Notes under the pieces: generated by a model | Database searches by the model: none | Told to the model about the DNA's origin: nothing | What the model saw: only the letters and a program-made list of their open reading frames with translations | In this document: in pieces, positions 20,562 through 30,481 of the stretch | How the letters are laid out: every line of letters begins with the position of its first letter | How positions within the stretch are numbered: the first letter of the stretch is position 1 | Origin: an uncultured Planctomycetia bacterium | Lineage (GTDB): Bacteria; Omnitrophota; Gorgyraeia; Gorgyraeales; Gorgyraeaceae | Assembly (NCBI GenBank): GCA_964566255.1 | Contig: CAZMID010000003.1 | Location: 5,145-69,144 of the forward strand | Length of the DNA: 64,000 bases | Reading direction: 5' to 3' | Translations under genes and position numbers: made by a program

Positions 20562-21563
20562 TTAAACATTAAATCTTATATTTATCATGTCTCCATCTTT
20601 AACTATGTACTCTTTTCCTTCTACTTTCAATAAACCTTCCTCGCGTGCCTTATGCATAGAACCACATTTAATAAAATCTTCAACATTTACAACCTCTGCC
20701 CTTATAAAACCTCTTTTCATATCGGAATGCACTTTACCAGCTGCTTCTACTACAGGTAACCCCTTCCTTAAATACCAACCACGCGATTCCTTTTCACCTG
20801 TTGTAAAAAATGTAATAAGATCTAGTTCTTTAGAAATCAATTTTGAAATATCTTCTCTAAAATTATAACCAGGGCCCATTTCTTTTAAGAACTTTTCTTT
20901 CTCAGATGGCTCTAGCTCTAAAAGCTCCAATTCTGTCTTTCCAAAAAACTTAATACATCGTAAATTGTTTGATTTGCAATATTCCTCAAGGGGCTTTATC
21001 TTATCGCTTAACGCACTTGGATCTTGATCCTGAATATTAATTGCTAGAATTAATGGTTTTAAGCTTAAAAGTACTAAACCAGAGATCAATTTTAATTCAT
21101 CTTTATTCAATATTGCCTTGGATAAAAATTTACCTTCCGAAAGAGCACTTTGACATTTTTCTAACGCCTTTGATTCCTGGTCAGAGTCAGATTTTTTCTC
21201 CTTTTCTATTCTGGAGAGTCTAGTCTGTACAACTTCTAAATCTGATATGATAATATCTGTAAGGCATTTTTCAAAATCCTTCTTGGGATCATCGCTAAAA
21301 AACGCCCCTACCACGCATATAAATAGATCTATATCCTGCAATTTAGAAAGATCTTTTTTATTGAAAGATGCGATAGAGCCAATATCTATAAATGTAAACT
21401 CGGGAAACGTTTGTTTCTTAGAAGAAAATATTTTAGAGATCTTTTCTACGCGATAATCTATTGTCTTAAATACACCAATATTGCCTGATGCATTAGTCTG
21501 CAATAATATTTTAAATATAGTGGTCTTTCCACTTTGAGGAGGGCCAATTATACCTATTTTCAT
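20562..21563 (-). CDS. YchF/Ola1-like P-loop NTPase with a C-terminal TGS-like domain (divergent)
   Basis: 333 aa. The N-terminal P-loop is GIIGPPQSGKTT. The C-terminus (…GFIRAEVVNVEDFI…EGKEYIVKDGDMINIRFNV) aligns with the YchF TGS domain. Confidence 0.55.
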   Translation of the reverse strand: MKIGIIGPPQSGKTTIFKILLQTNASGNIGVFKTIDYRVEKISKIFSSKKQTFPEFTFIDIGSIASFNKKDLSKLQDIDLFICVVGAFFSDDPKKDFEKCLTDIIISDLEVVQTRLSRIEKEKKSDSDQESKALEKCQSALSEGKFLSKAILNKDELKLISGLVLLSLKPLILAINIQDQDPSALSDKIKPLEEYCKSNNLRCIKFFGKTELELLELEPSEKEKFLKEMGPGYNFREDISKLISKELDLITFFTTGEKESRGWYLRKGLPVVEAAGKVHSDMKRGFIRAEVVNVEDFIKCGSMHKAREEGLLKVEGKEYIVKDGDMINIRFNV

Positions 21564-21584
21564 TGATGAGGGTCTAAAATGCAG

Positions 21585-22448
21585 TTACTGCCTTACAACT
21601 ATGTCGTCTATCTCTATATGAAATCCTCTTTTAGTATCCTTTATATCTGCAGCAGCGATCTTATTTCGTATTTGTATTACTTCTACATAACCAACGATAT
21701 TATTTCTCTTGTGAACACTAAAGCTATTCCCTACTTCAATACCGTCTTTTCTTCCTAAGTTTATAACTACAAAATTATGTTTTCTATTTACAGTAACAAC
21801 CTTGCCCCTCAAACCTGAAGACTTATTTATGTATTCAAATGGAGAGGTTGGTGTAAGCTTTGCTAGTCTGCGAGGCCCACTCTCTAAAACAATAGGTGGA
21901 AGTTCTACTTCATCTGGTGCATGATAAGCCTCGGCCCTAACTTCTTTCTGCTTTGTCTCTTTCGTGAAAGCAGCCTTTAATTTATCAAAACTATCCTCAA
22001 GTCCAGATAACTTAGTTTTTAAAAGGCGATTTTCCTTTTTAATATTTTTATATTTTGCTATAAAACCTTTTGAGGTAAGGTGCTTTAATTTATTTTCAAA
22101 AAAGATTTTACCTTTTCTTATCTTGACAAGTTCTCTATTTAGGCCATCCATCTCTCCTAAGACTGTTTCATATTGAAATTTTAGGTCTTTATTCCTTGCC
22201 TCTAAGATAGTCAGCTCTTCTTCAACTGTTTGTACCTTTGTCTTCAAACTTTGATTCTCTCTGACTAAAGCCGTGGCCTTTTTATCAAGTCTATTCATAT
22301 TGGCTACATTTACCTTAAACATAGTATCTAATGTAGTGTAATCAATATAAAGCCTCTCTTTCTCCATAAAAAACCAGAGAGTACTAAAACTACTTAATAA
22401 TACTAATATTACTAATATCAACAATATAAGACGTATGGTCTTATCCAT
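21585..22448 (-). CDS. hypothetical membrane-anchored coiled-coil protein
   Basis: 287 aa. An N-terminal transmembrane helix is followed by a long coiled coil and a C-terminal beta-rich domain. There is an 8-bp overlap with the upstream RND gene. Confidence 0.4.
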   Translation of the reverse strand: MDKTIRLILLILVILVLLSSFSTLWFFMEKERLYIDYTTLDTMFKVNVANMNRLDKKATALVRENQSLKTKVQTVEEELTILEARNKDLKFQYETVLGEMDGLNRELVKIRKGKIFFENKLKHLTSKGFIAKYKNIKKENRLLKTKLSGLEDSFDKLKAAFTKETKQKEVRAEAYHAPDEVELPPIVLESGPRRLAKLTPTSPFEYINKSSGLRGKVVTVNRKHNFVVINLGRKDGIEVGNSFSVHKRNNIVGYVEVIQIRNKIAAADIKDTKRGFHIEIDDIVVRQ

Positions 22449-25400
22449 AATTTTTCCTTGTTAATTTTATTATACCATAGATTTTATTTTTAACAACAAC
22501 TAATAACTGTTTTTGTTTTAAAATTATATTTTTTACATCTTTTAAATCTTCAAATATCAAATAAATACTGGGCACAAGAAAAAGAGTAAATATAGTTGAA
22601 GAGGCCATCCCTCCTATCACAGTAATCGCCAAAGGAGACCATAAATTTGCTGATTCACTTCTATCAAATGCCATTGGCATAAGACCAAGTATCGTCGTAG
22701 AAGTCGTCATAACTATAGGCCTCAAGCGGTCTTGACTAGAGGTTATTATTGATTTTATCATATTGCTGGGACTTTGTTCTCCCACCTTTGTCTTTCTTCG
22801 TAAAAAATTTATCCTATCCACTAAAACGATTGCATTATTAACAACAATACCTGCAAGCATAATAGCACCTATTATTACTCCTCGACTTATTGGCTTACCG
22901 GTAATCTTCAGTGCAAAAATTACTCCTATAACTGCTAGGGGAACTGATATCATTATAATAAATGGTTGTGTATAGGATTCAAAGAGGGAAGCCAATACCA
23001 GATATACTAAAAATATTGTTATCCATAGTACCCCTGTAGGAAATGCCCATAATTCCTTCTCATTCTCAAGATTCCTTTCATAATTCCCTCCTATCCTATA
23101 ATAATAATCCCTTGGAAACTCCATATCTGACAGACTCATCCTAATCTTTTTAACAGCCTTTACAAGAGAATCTTGTGTAACAAGGCTAGATATATGCACA
23201 ACCCTCATCTTGTTCTTGCGGACTATCTCACTGGAGCCTATCTGAGGTGTAAAATTAGCAACTTGTTCTAATAATATTGGATTTCCATCTTTTGAAAAAA
23301 GCGTCAATTTCCTAAGGTCATCCAAACGATCTCTATCTTCTTTCCTCAGGCGCGACACCGTCTCTATCTCCCTGGACTCTGTATGATATAATGTAGCCCT
23401 CAATCCCCTTATTTCAGAATGAAGCGTCTCTGCTATATCTTTTGCTGTCAGACCAAACATAGCTGCTCTTTCTTTATCAACGGTTATGCCCCATTCAGGC
23501 CTTCCGCTGATCCTCGACATCCTTATATCTTCAAAACCTTCCATGATCCCGAGTCTTGTAGCGATTGATACAGCTAATTCCTTTAATATCTCATAATCAT
23601 AACCATAAAGATCTAATACGATTTCCTTTAAACCTTTTTCTTCTATCTCTGAAAAATAAATAAAACCTCCCTTATACTTCTGTTCCACTACCTGAGCCCT
23701 AGCCCGTATATCATCTATAACAGATTTGGTCGTACGCCTTCTATGGGAAAGCGGCATAAGTTTTACATATAGCTTACTGGACCATGGCTCCACACGAGAA
23801 GTAAATGTCTTTATCTCTGAAATATCAGAAAGGAGTATTTCTATTTCTTTTACCATATCATCAGTTACATCAAGTTTTGCACCAGGTTCCAACTCTATAA
23901 ATATGGTAAATCTTCCTTCTTCTGTCCCTGCCATAAATTCACTATCTATCTTGGATCCTAAAAATAACATAAATACCAAAATCACAATTGCTACACCTAA
24001 AAATACATACCTCCACTTCAATGCCATGTTTAAAAAGTATCTATAATACTTCTTTATATTTAAAAAGAGATCTTTCTTAAACATAGACTTTTTGGGTTTT
24101 ATCCTGCTGGTCGGGCTTTTTATGCGATCTGAAATCATAGGCACCAGCATCAAGGCAACAAATAATGAACTGACTAAAGCATATGTTACCGTCAGCCCCA
24201 ATCCGCTCCATAGCATGCGCGTAGCCTTATTCACAAATACAAATGGCAAAAATACTATTATTGTAGTTATGGTAGAAGCAAATATCGCAAGTCCCACTTC
24301 ACTGGAACCACTTACGACCGCCTGCGTAAATTTTGGCCTCCAGCTCGACTCAGAAAAATCGATGCCTTTTTTCTTCTTATCAATATTATCAAGGACTACT
24401 ATAGAATTATCCACTAACATACCTATACCAAGTGCTAATCCACTGAGCGTCATAACATTTATGGATATCTTATAAAAATACATCAGTATAAATGTGGCCA
24501 TGACTGATATGGGAATCGTAACAGCTATTATAGAAGTCACCCTCGGATCCCTTAAAAATAATAAAAGCACCATCACTGCTAAAATGGCCCCATAAAAAAG
24601 TGATTTCTTTACAGCATTTATGGCATCTTTTATTGCATTTGCCTGATTCAATGTAGCCTTTATAAATATATTCTTATCCAATGTCTTCTTTAGGCGAGCA
24701 ATCTCTTCTTCTATGTTAGAGACAACCTGGATAGTATTTGCAGTTGATTCTTTTTGTATGTAAATAGATACTACTGGCTCTATATCCGTCCTTGCATAAT
24801 TAGTAGGCTCTAAAAAAGAATCCCTGACTTTCGCAATCTCTTTAAGTTTAATGATAGAACCATGAGGCGTAGTAGTAACGCCAATATTTTTTATGTCATC
24901 AAGAGATTTAAACTCCCCCATTATCCTTATAAGAAACTTATTTTTTCTGCGTTCAATATCGCCTGCCAATAGATTTAGATTATTCGCGCCAAGTGAATTG
25001 ACCACATGTTCCATGGGGATATGATATTGATATAATTTATTTTTATCTATTTCGACTAAAATCTTACGTTCTCTACCACCATATACATCTACATTAGCCA
25101 CGCCTTCCACTCGTAATATGCTCTCTTTTATCCCCTCATCCACGACCTTCCTTAGTTGTTCAGGTGTGTAGCCCTTGCCTGTAATCGCCAATAAAAGTAT
25201 TGGCAGATCTGTTTCTTTATATTGTGCTATTATTGGTTTTTGGATTTCCTTGGGAAGCTTGTCTCTTATCTTTGAAAATTTCTCTCTTACTTCTAATGCA
25301 GCAAATTCCATGTTAGTGCCTGGTTCAAACTCAAGCCATATCCTGGATTCCCCGGCCTTTGAAGTAGAATATATATTTTCTAAATAACTTACGGTAGAAA

Positions 25401-25614
25401 CTGCCTCCTCTATAGGCCTTGTGACAAGGGTCTCTACTTCCTGTGGTGGCATACCACCTCTTACGGCTACGATTATACTTATATCTCCATACGCTACGTT
25501 AGGTTTTAATTCAACAGGTAATCTCGTTAAAGACACGCTTCCCACAAGCAATATCCCAAGAAACAACATAAATATCGTAACAGGCCTTTTAACTGAAAAT
25601 TCAGATAGGTTCAT
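22441..25614 (-). CDS. RND efflux transporter permease (AcrB/Mdt family)
   Basis: 1057 aa. It has a 12-transmembrane RND architecture with two large periplasmic loops. The N-terminus …RPVTIFMLFLGILLVG… is typical. Confidence 0.9.
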   Translation of the reverse strand: MNLSEFSVKRPVTIFMLFLGILLVGSVSLTRLPVELKPNVAYGDISIIVAVRGGMPPQEVETLVTRPIEEAVSTVSYLENIYSTSKAGESRIWLEFEPGTNMEFAALEVREKFSKIRDKLPKEIQKPIIAQYKETDLPILLLAITGKGYTPEQLRKVVDEGIKESILRVEGVANVDVYGGRERKILVEIDKNKLYQYHIPMEHVVNSLGANNLNLLAGDIERRKNKFLIRIMGEFKSLDDIKNIGVTTTPHGSIIKLKEIAKVRDSFLEPTNYARTDIEPVVSIYIQKESTANTIQVVSNIEEEIARLKKTLDKNIFIKATLNQANAIKDAINAVKKSLFYGAILAVMVLLLFLRDPRVTSIIAVTIPISVMATFILMYFYKISINVMTLSGLALGIGMLVDNSIVVLDNIDKKKKGIDFSESSWRPKFTQAVVSGSSEVGLAIFASTITTIIVFLPFVFVNKATRMLWSGLGLTVTYALVSSLFVALMLVPMISDRIKSPTSRIKPKKSMFKKDLFLNIKKYYRYFLNMALKWRYVFLGVAIVILVFMLFLGSKIDSEFMAGTEEGRFTIFIELEPGAKLDVTDDMVKEIEILLSDISEIKTFTSRVEPWSSKLYVKLMPLSHRRRTTKSVIDDIRARAQVVEQKYKGGFIYFSEIEEKGLKEIVLDLYGYDYEILKELAVSIATRLGIMEGFEDIRMSRISGRPEWGITVDKERAAMFGLTAKDIAETLHSEIRGLRATLYHTESREIETVSRLRKEDRDRLDDLRKLTLFSKDGNPILLEQVANFTPQIGSSEIVRKNKMRVVHISSLVTQDSLVKAVKKIRMSLSDMEFPRDYYYRIGGNYERNLENEKELWAFPTGVLWITIFLVYLVLASLFESYTQPFIIMISVPLAVIGVIFALKITGKPISRGVIIGAIMLAGIVVNNAIVLVDRINFLRRKTKVGEQSPSNMIKSIITSSQDRLRPIVMTTSTTILGLMPMAFDRSESANLWSPLAITVIGGMASSTIFTLFLVPSIYLIFEDLKDVKNIILKQKQLLVVVKNKIYGIIKLTRKNYG

Positions 25615-28600
25615 GTGCTAGAGCCTTCTTTTAATTCATACCACCTGCCAGGACCAAGTGGACCCTTGGCTACAACTAGTCCTCTATCTAATAATTCCTT
25701 TAAGTCCCTTGCTGCCGTTGGAACAGATATATTAAATTTATCCGCATATTCTTTGCGTGTAATCTTTTCTACTTCTTTTAAATACTGCAGGAGTTCTTCA
25801 TGGCGCCTGTTAAATTTTTGTGGTGGTTTTTCTTCTGGTTCAGGCGCAGGTTTTTCTTCTTTTTTAACAGACTCATCAGGAAGCTCTATTTTAGGAGGCG
25901 GAGTTGGTTTTTCTTCTTTTGGTAAAGGAGGTGCTACCTTAGGAGGTGGTAATTTTACTTCGGGCGGAGGCAGTGTAATAATTTTTGGTTTTTCTATAGG
26001 AGCTACTCTAACAGGCTTTTCTTCTTGTATAGGGACCGTTTTCAAAACTGGTTTTACCTTAATAAATCCAGCAACAATAGTATAAATACATGGTATTACA
26101 AAAAGTGTCAATATCGTAGAAACCAACAATCCGCCCATTACTGTTATTGCCATTGGACTTTGAAGCTCTGAACCTTCAGCTATACCTAATGATAAAGGTA
26201 ACAGCCCTAAAACCGTGGTCATGGTAGTCATAAATATAGGCCTAAGCCTGGTCTTACCAGACTCGATAACCGCCTCTATTAATTCAGTCCCCTTCGCCCT
26301 TAATCTGTTTATAGAATCAATAAGAATAATACCATTATTGACAACAATACCTCCTAATATTATAAGTCCGAGCATAACGACTACGCTGATAGGCGTATGA
26401 GTTAAAAATAATGCAAAAAATACCCCTATAAGGGATAGCGGTACTGTAAACATAATAATAAAAGGCTGCCATAAAGATTCGAATTGCGCAGCCATTATCA
26501 TATACACTAGAAGTATTGAAAGTATTAATGCAAACCTTAAAGACTTAAAAGATTCTTGCATCTCTTGACTTTCGCCTGATAAAGATACAGAAAGATCTTT
26601 TTCTATATCTTTAGAGTTGGTAAATTCTCTAATCTTTTCATTTTCTACCCTATCTATAAGCCTATTAATATCTATTATTACCTTATCTAATGCCCTGTCG
26701 GCTATATTTGCTGTTACGAGAACGACCCTCTGCTGATCAAGTCTTTTTATCTCAGTCGGACCAAGGCCTTGCGTTATATAAGCTACTTCTGAAAGTGGTA
26801 CCTCTATATCAAGCGGTGAATGAATTAGTATATTTCTGATCTGGGAAAGTTTTTTTCTGCCCTCTTTTCTTAATCTAACTCTTACATCTATCTCTCTACC
26901 TTCCTCTTTAAATTTAGTAGCCACTACACCTTTTATAGCAGTATGAGCAGCCTGAGCAATTACAGCTGTTGAAAGGTTATAAAGTGCTGATTTATCTTTT
27001 AAGACGTTAACCTTTGTCTCAGGCGAAGGCCTCGCAAGACTTGTACGTACGCCATAGATACCTTTTATATCTGAAAGGTCTTCTTTAATATATTCTGAGA
27101 CCTCCTCAATCTTTTTAAGGTCTTTTCCTTTAATCTCAATAACAATAGGGGCTGAACCTTGAAGTGCGGTTTTAAAAACACTCTCCTGTAAAATATATTC
27201 TATCTCTGCGCCTTCTAAATTCAATCTATCTAACTTAGTCTTTAAGGTCTCTATTACTTTAGAGGTAGCGCCATATCCTCTTCCCTTTTTAAGGCTTACT
27301 ATTATCTGAGACTGATGTGAACCCATTGTCTCAAGCCCTTGCGCATAATCCTTCTTTTTGCTCGAACCTATATTCAGCGCTACGCCCTCAACGTCTTTTG
27401 CATCAAAAAGTATTTTTTCTATTCTTTTTACAATGCCATCTGTTATATCCAATTTTGTACCACTGGGCATATTTACTTTCATAATAAATTCGCGCTGGTC
27501 TACCTTTGGCATAAATTCTCTGTCTATAAACATAAAAAGGCTCATAATTAAAATAAATACTGCGACTACGCCTAATAAAAATATCCATCTATACTTCAAT
27601 ACTTTTTTTATCATCGCTGAATAAATAATTCCTATGCCAGATGTAAAATCCTGCCTATTATTAGAAATAGCATTTATTCCCTTGAGCTTTTTTGATATAC
27701 GAGTAAAAAATTTCTCAGAGATCTTTTGTATACCCTTATGGGAGTGTGTATCTACTGCCGTTAAACGCGGGATTAAGGAAAGGGCTACTATCAGAGAAGC
27801 CATAAGAGAAAATGTCACAGTAAAAGCAAGCTCTCTAAAAAGCTGGCCTGCCACACCTACGACAAATACCATGGGTAAAAATACTGCCACCGTAGTAAGC
27901 GTTGAAGAAAATATAGCGCCTGACATCTCGCTCGCCCCAACCTTTGAAGCCTCTTTAATGTCTTTTTGTTTCTGAAAAAGGCTGTATATATTCTCAATGA
28001 CAACTATTGCGCTATCCACCAGCATACCTATGCCTAAAGCAAGTCCTCCCAAAGAAAGCATATTTAATGTAATACCATTAAAGTACATAAGGCTGAATGC
28101 AACCATTATAGATATAGGCATAGAAAACGCTACGATCAATGAGGCCTTTATGTTCCTTAAAAATAAGAAAAGTACTAAAAATGCAAGTATCCCTCCCTGG
28201 ATAGCTGCCTGCATAACCCCGCGTATTGATTTTTTAATAAAAATAGACTGGTCATATACTATCTTAATATCAATACCTTCAAGCAGATCCTTTTCTATAA
28301 TATCAAGTCTTGAACGCACCTTTTGTGAAACCAGTATAGTATTGACTCCGGCTTGCTTTTGGACTGATATTGAGATATTTTCTTCTCCGTTATATCGGGA
28401 TATACTACTACGCTCTTGAAAGGTATCTTTTATCTCTGCCATATCCTTTAGATATATAAGCCGGTGTGCCTTCTCTGGCCGACTAAATTCCCTTTTGTCT
28501 GGATCAAGTTTTTCTTCAGGTTCGTCTTTGGCCACAACTGTAACACCTATCTCCGAAACTATTTCAAATTCTCCCATGGTCCTAATCAGATATTCATAGA

Positions 28601-29264
28601 AATGCTCTTCTATTGTGCCGGCTGGATAATTTAGATTTGATGACTTTAATGCATCTACTACCTTTGTTATAGAGACATTGGATGCCCGCAGTCTTCCTTC
28701 GTCTACTGCAACAAGAATCTCTCTTTCAAGTCCGCCGCTTATATTACACGATGCAACGCCTTCCACCTTCTCAAGTTCATCCTTTATGAATTTTCTGGAA
28801 AGCCTCAAAAGTTCTGATGGGGATTTATTACCTGTAATACTCAGTGTAATGACAGGTAATTCAAACGGATTGAATTTCATAACTATCGGATCAGCAGAAC
28901 CAAGGGGGAGTCTTTCTTTTATGAGATCTATTTTTTCACGCACCCCGAGTGAGGCAAAATCCATATCAGTACCCCAATTAAATTCAGCAGTAACAATAGA
29001 AACCCCCTCTTTCGAAATAGAGCTTATACGCTTTAATCTACTTACAGTGCCAACTGCTTCTTCTATTATCTTTGTAATGAGGGTCTCTACTTCTTCAGGG
29101 GCAGCATTTTCATATGTAGTAACTATTGTAAGTTGCGGGTATGTAATAGACGGGAAGAGTTCTCTAGGCAAGCGGCTCAGGGATATAAGCCCGAGCATCA
29201 ATACGCCCAGAAAAAACATAGAAGTTGTAACAGGCCGATTTACTGAAAACTCTGGAAGTCTCAT
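25611..29264 (-). CDS. RND efflux transporter permease with a C-terminal Pro-rich linker and winged-HTH extension
   Basis: 1217 aa. The RND core spans about aa 1-1065. An ~85-aa proline/lysine-rich linker follows (…LPPPEVKLPPPKVAPPLPKEEKPTPPPK…). The last ~66 aa form an HTH (…ITRKEYADKFNISVPTAARDLKELLDRGLVVAKGPLGPGRWYELK). Confidence 0.85.
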   Translation of the reverse strand: MRLPEFSVNRPVTTSMFFLGVLMLGLISLSRLPRELFPSITYPQLTIVTTYENAAPEEVETLITKIIEEAVGTVSRLKRISSISKEGVSIVTAEFNWGTDMDFASLGVREKIDLIKERLPLGSADPIVMKFNPFELPVITLSITGNKSPSELLRLSRKFIKDELEKVEGVASCNISGGLEREILVAVDEGRLRASNVSITKVVDALKSSNLNYPAGTIEEHFYEYLIRTMGEFEIVSEIGVTVVAKDEPEEKLDPDKREFSRPEKAHRLIYLKDMAEIKDTFQERSSISRYNGEENISISVQKQAGVNTILVSQKVRSRLDIIEKDLLEGIDIKIVYDQSIFIKKSIRGVMQAAIQGGILAFLVLFLFLRNIKASLIVAFSMPISIMVAFSLMYFNGITLNMLSLGGLALGIGMLVDSAIVVIENIYSLFQKQKDIKEASKVGASEMSGAIFSSTLTTVAVFLPMVFVVGVAGQLFRELAFTVTFSLMASLIVALSLIPRLTAVDTHSHKGIQKISEKFFTRISKKLKGINAISNNRQDFTSGIGIIYSAMIKKVLKYRWIFLLGVVAVFILIMSLFMFIDREFMPKVDQREFIMKVNMPSGTKLDITDGIVKRIEKILFDAKDVEGVALNIGSSKKKDYAQGLETMGSHQSQIIVSLKKGRGYGATSKVIETLKTKLDRLNLEGAEIEYILQESVFKTALQGSAPIVIEIKGKDLKKIEEVSEYIKEDLSDIKGIYGVRTSLARPSPETKVNVLKDKSALYNLSTAVIAQAAHTAIKGVVATKFKEEGREIDVRVRLRKEGRKKLSQIRNILIHSPLDIEVPLSEVAYITQGLGPTEIKRLDQQRVVLVTANIADRALDKVIIDINRLIDRVENEKIREFTNSKDIEKDLSVSLSGESQEMQESFKSLRFALILSILLVYMIMAAQFESLWQPFIIMFTVPLSLIGVFFALFLTHTPISVVVMLGLIILGGIVVNNGIILIDSINRLRAKGTELIEAVIESGKTRLRPIFMTTMTTVLGLLPLSLGIAEGSELQSPMAITVMGGLLVSTILTLFVIPCIYTIVAGFIKVKPVLKTVPIQEEKPVRVAPIEKPKIITLPPPEVKLPPPKVAPPLPKEEKPTPPPKIELPDESVKKEEKPAPEPEEKPPQKFNRRHEELLQYLKEVEKITRKEYADKFNISVPTAARDLKELLDRGLVVAKGPLGPGRWYELKEGSST

Positions 29265-30481
29265 TCTTCAAATACACTCTCCTGTACCTCTATAACCTCC
29301 ACAGGCATTCCGTCTCTGAGTTCCTGTGGAGTATCTGTCACTACCAATTCTCCTTCATAAAGGCCAGATTCTATGACAGTGTAATCAGTTGTCACATAGG
29401 CTACCTCGACAGGCTTGGCATGGATGGTGTTATTATTATCAACAGTAAAAATTTTATATCCGTCATCATCTTTATCTAAACTTAAGCTCGGTACAACCAC
29501 TGCATTCTCAAATTCAGCAACGGTTATCATGGCCCTTGCAAACATGCCTGGCAAAAGTAATGCATCTGGATTTTCTATGCCAACTCTAACAGTAAGAGTT
29601 CTGGATTTTCCTTCAATAACAGGAAAGACATTGTCTACAACTCCTTCAAAATCAAGATCTGAATAAGCATCTACAGTAACCTTTGTATCTTGTCCAAGCG
29701 CAATCTTATCTATATCCTTTTCAACTATACCGAGCTCTACAAAAACCTTCATGGTATCGTATAATGTCGCAATCTTATCGTGTGGAGTAACAAATTCTCC
29801 CTCTTCTACGTCTCTAGAACCTAAAACTCCGTCTCGTGGGGCATAAAGATCTGTCTTCTCAAGCTCTGATTCTGCTGACTTAAGCTCTACTTCAGCTGAG
29901 ACAACCTGGAGCTCAGCTGACTTAGCCTCTAATTCTACCTCCTCCAGCTTCGTCTTTATAATGCCGCCTATCTTATAAAGATTTTGATGGATTTCTAATT
30001 TCTTTTTTGTTGCAAGGGCCTGCATTTTAGTAGATTCTAATTTACTCTTAGAATACTCCACCTTTAATTCAGCATCCTTTCTGTTTAAAACAGCTATTAA
30101 ATCTCTTTTATAAATAACATCCCCTTCTCTATAATTAATAGTCTCTACCACGCCATTCACTTCAAATTTAAGCTCTATTTCCAAGGCACCTTTGACTGTA
30201 CCCATTACAGGTAGATCATCCTTAAAATCTGTCAATGTTATTCTATAGCACCTGACCGGTATAGCGCTTGAAGCTTGTGATTGAGGCATAGCCTCCATAC
30301 CTTTAGCGGTATCTTTTTCTTTAATTTGTTTTTGGGCTTTTTTAGATTTGGTAAATATATTCGGTATGGATATTTTTTTTAAAGGGGTTTTATTTAATAA
30401 TGTCATACCCCAGAGAACTGCAAATCCTACCACCCATAAAGCTATAAACGCTATTAATATTATCTTTGTCTTTTTTATCAT
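29261..30481 (-). CDS. RND efflux periplasmic adaptor (membrane fusion protein, HlyD family)
   Basis: 406 aa. It has an N-terminal transmembrane anchor, a coiled-coil hairpin, and lipoyl and beta-barrel domains. It overlaps the RND gene by 4 bp. Confidence 0.85.
   Translation of the reverse strand: MIKKTKIILIAFIALWVVGFAVLWGMTLLNKTPLKKISIPNIFTKSKKAQKQIKEKDTAKGMEAMPQSQASSAIPVRCYRITLTDFKDDLPVMGTVKGALEIELKFEVNGVVETINYREGDVIYKRDLIAVLNRKDAELKVEYSKSKLESTKMQALATKKKLEIHQNLYKIGGIIKTKLEEVELEAKSAELQVVSAEVELKSAESELEKTDLYAPRDGVLGSRDVEEGEFVTPHDKIATLYDTMKVFVELGIVEKDIDKIALGQDTKVTVDAYSDLDFEGVVDNVFPVIEGKSRTLTVRVGIENPDALLLPGMFARAMITVAEFENAVVVPSLSLDKDDDGYKIFTVDNNNTIHAKPVEVAYVTTDYTVIESGLYEGELVVTDTPQELRDGMPVEVIEVQESVFEE

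Noticed and set aside
25615-26085. A plus-strand ORF of 156 aa rich in Gly, Ser and Phe.
   Set aside because: It is the antisense of the Pro/Lys-rich linker of the RND-HTH fusion. It is a low-complexity mirror-image artefact.
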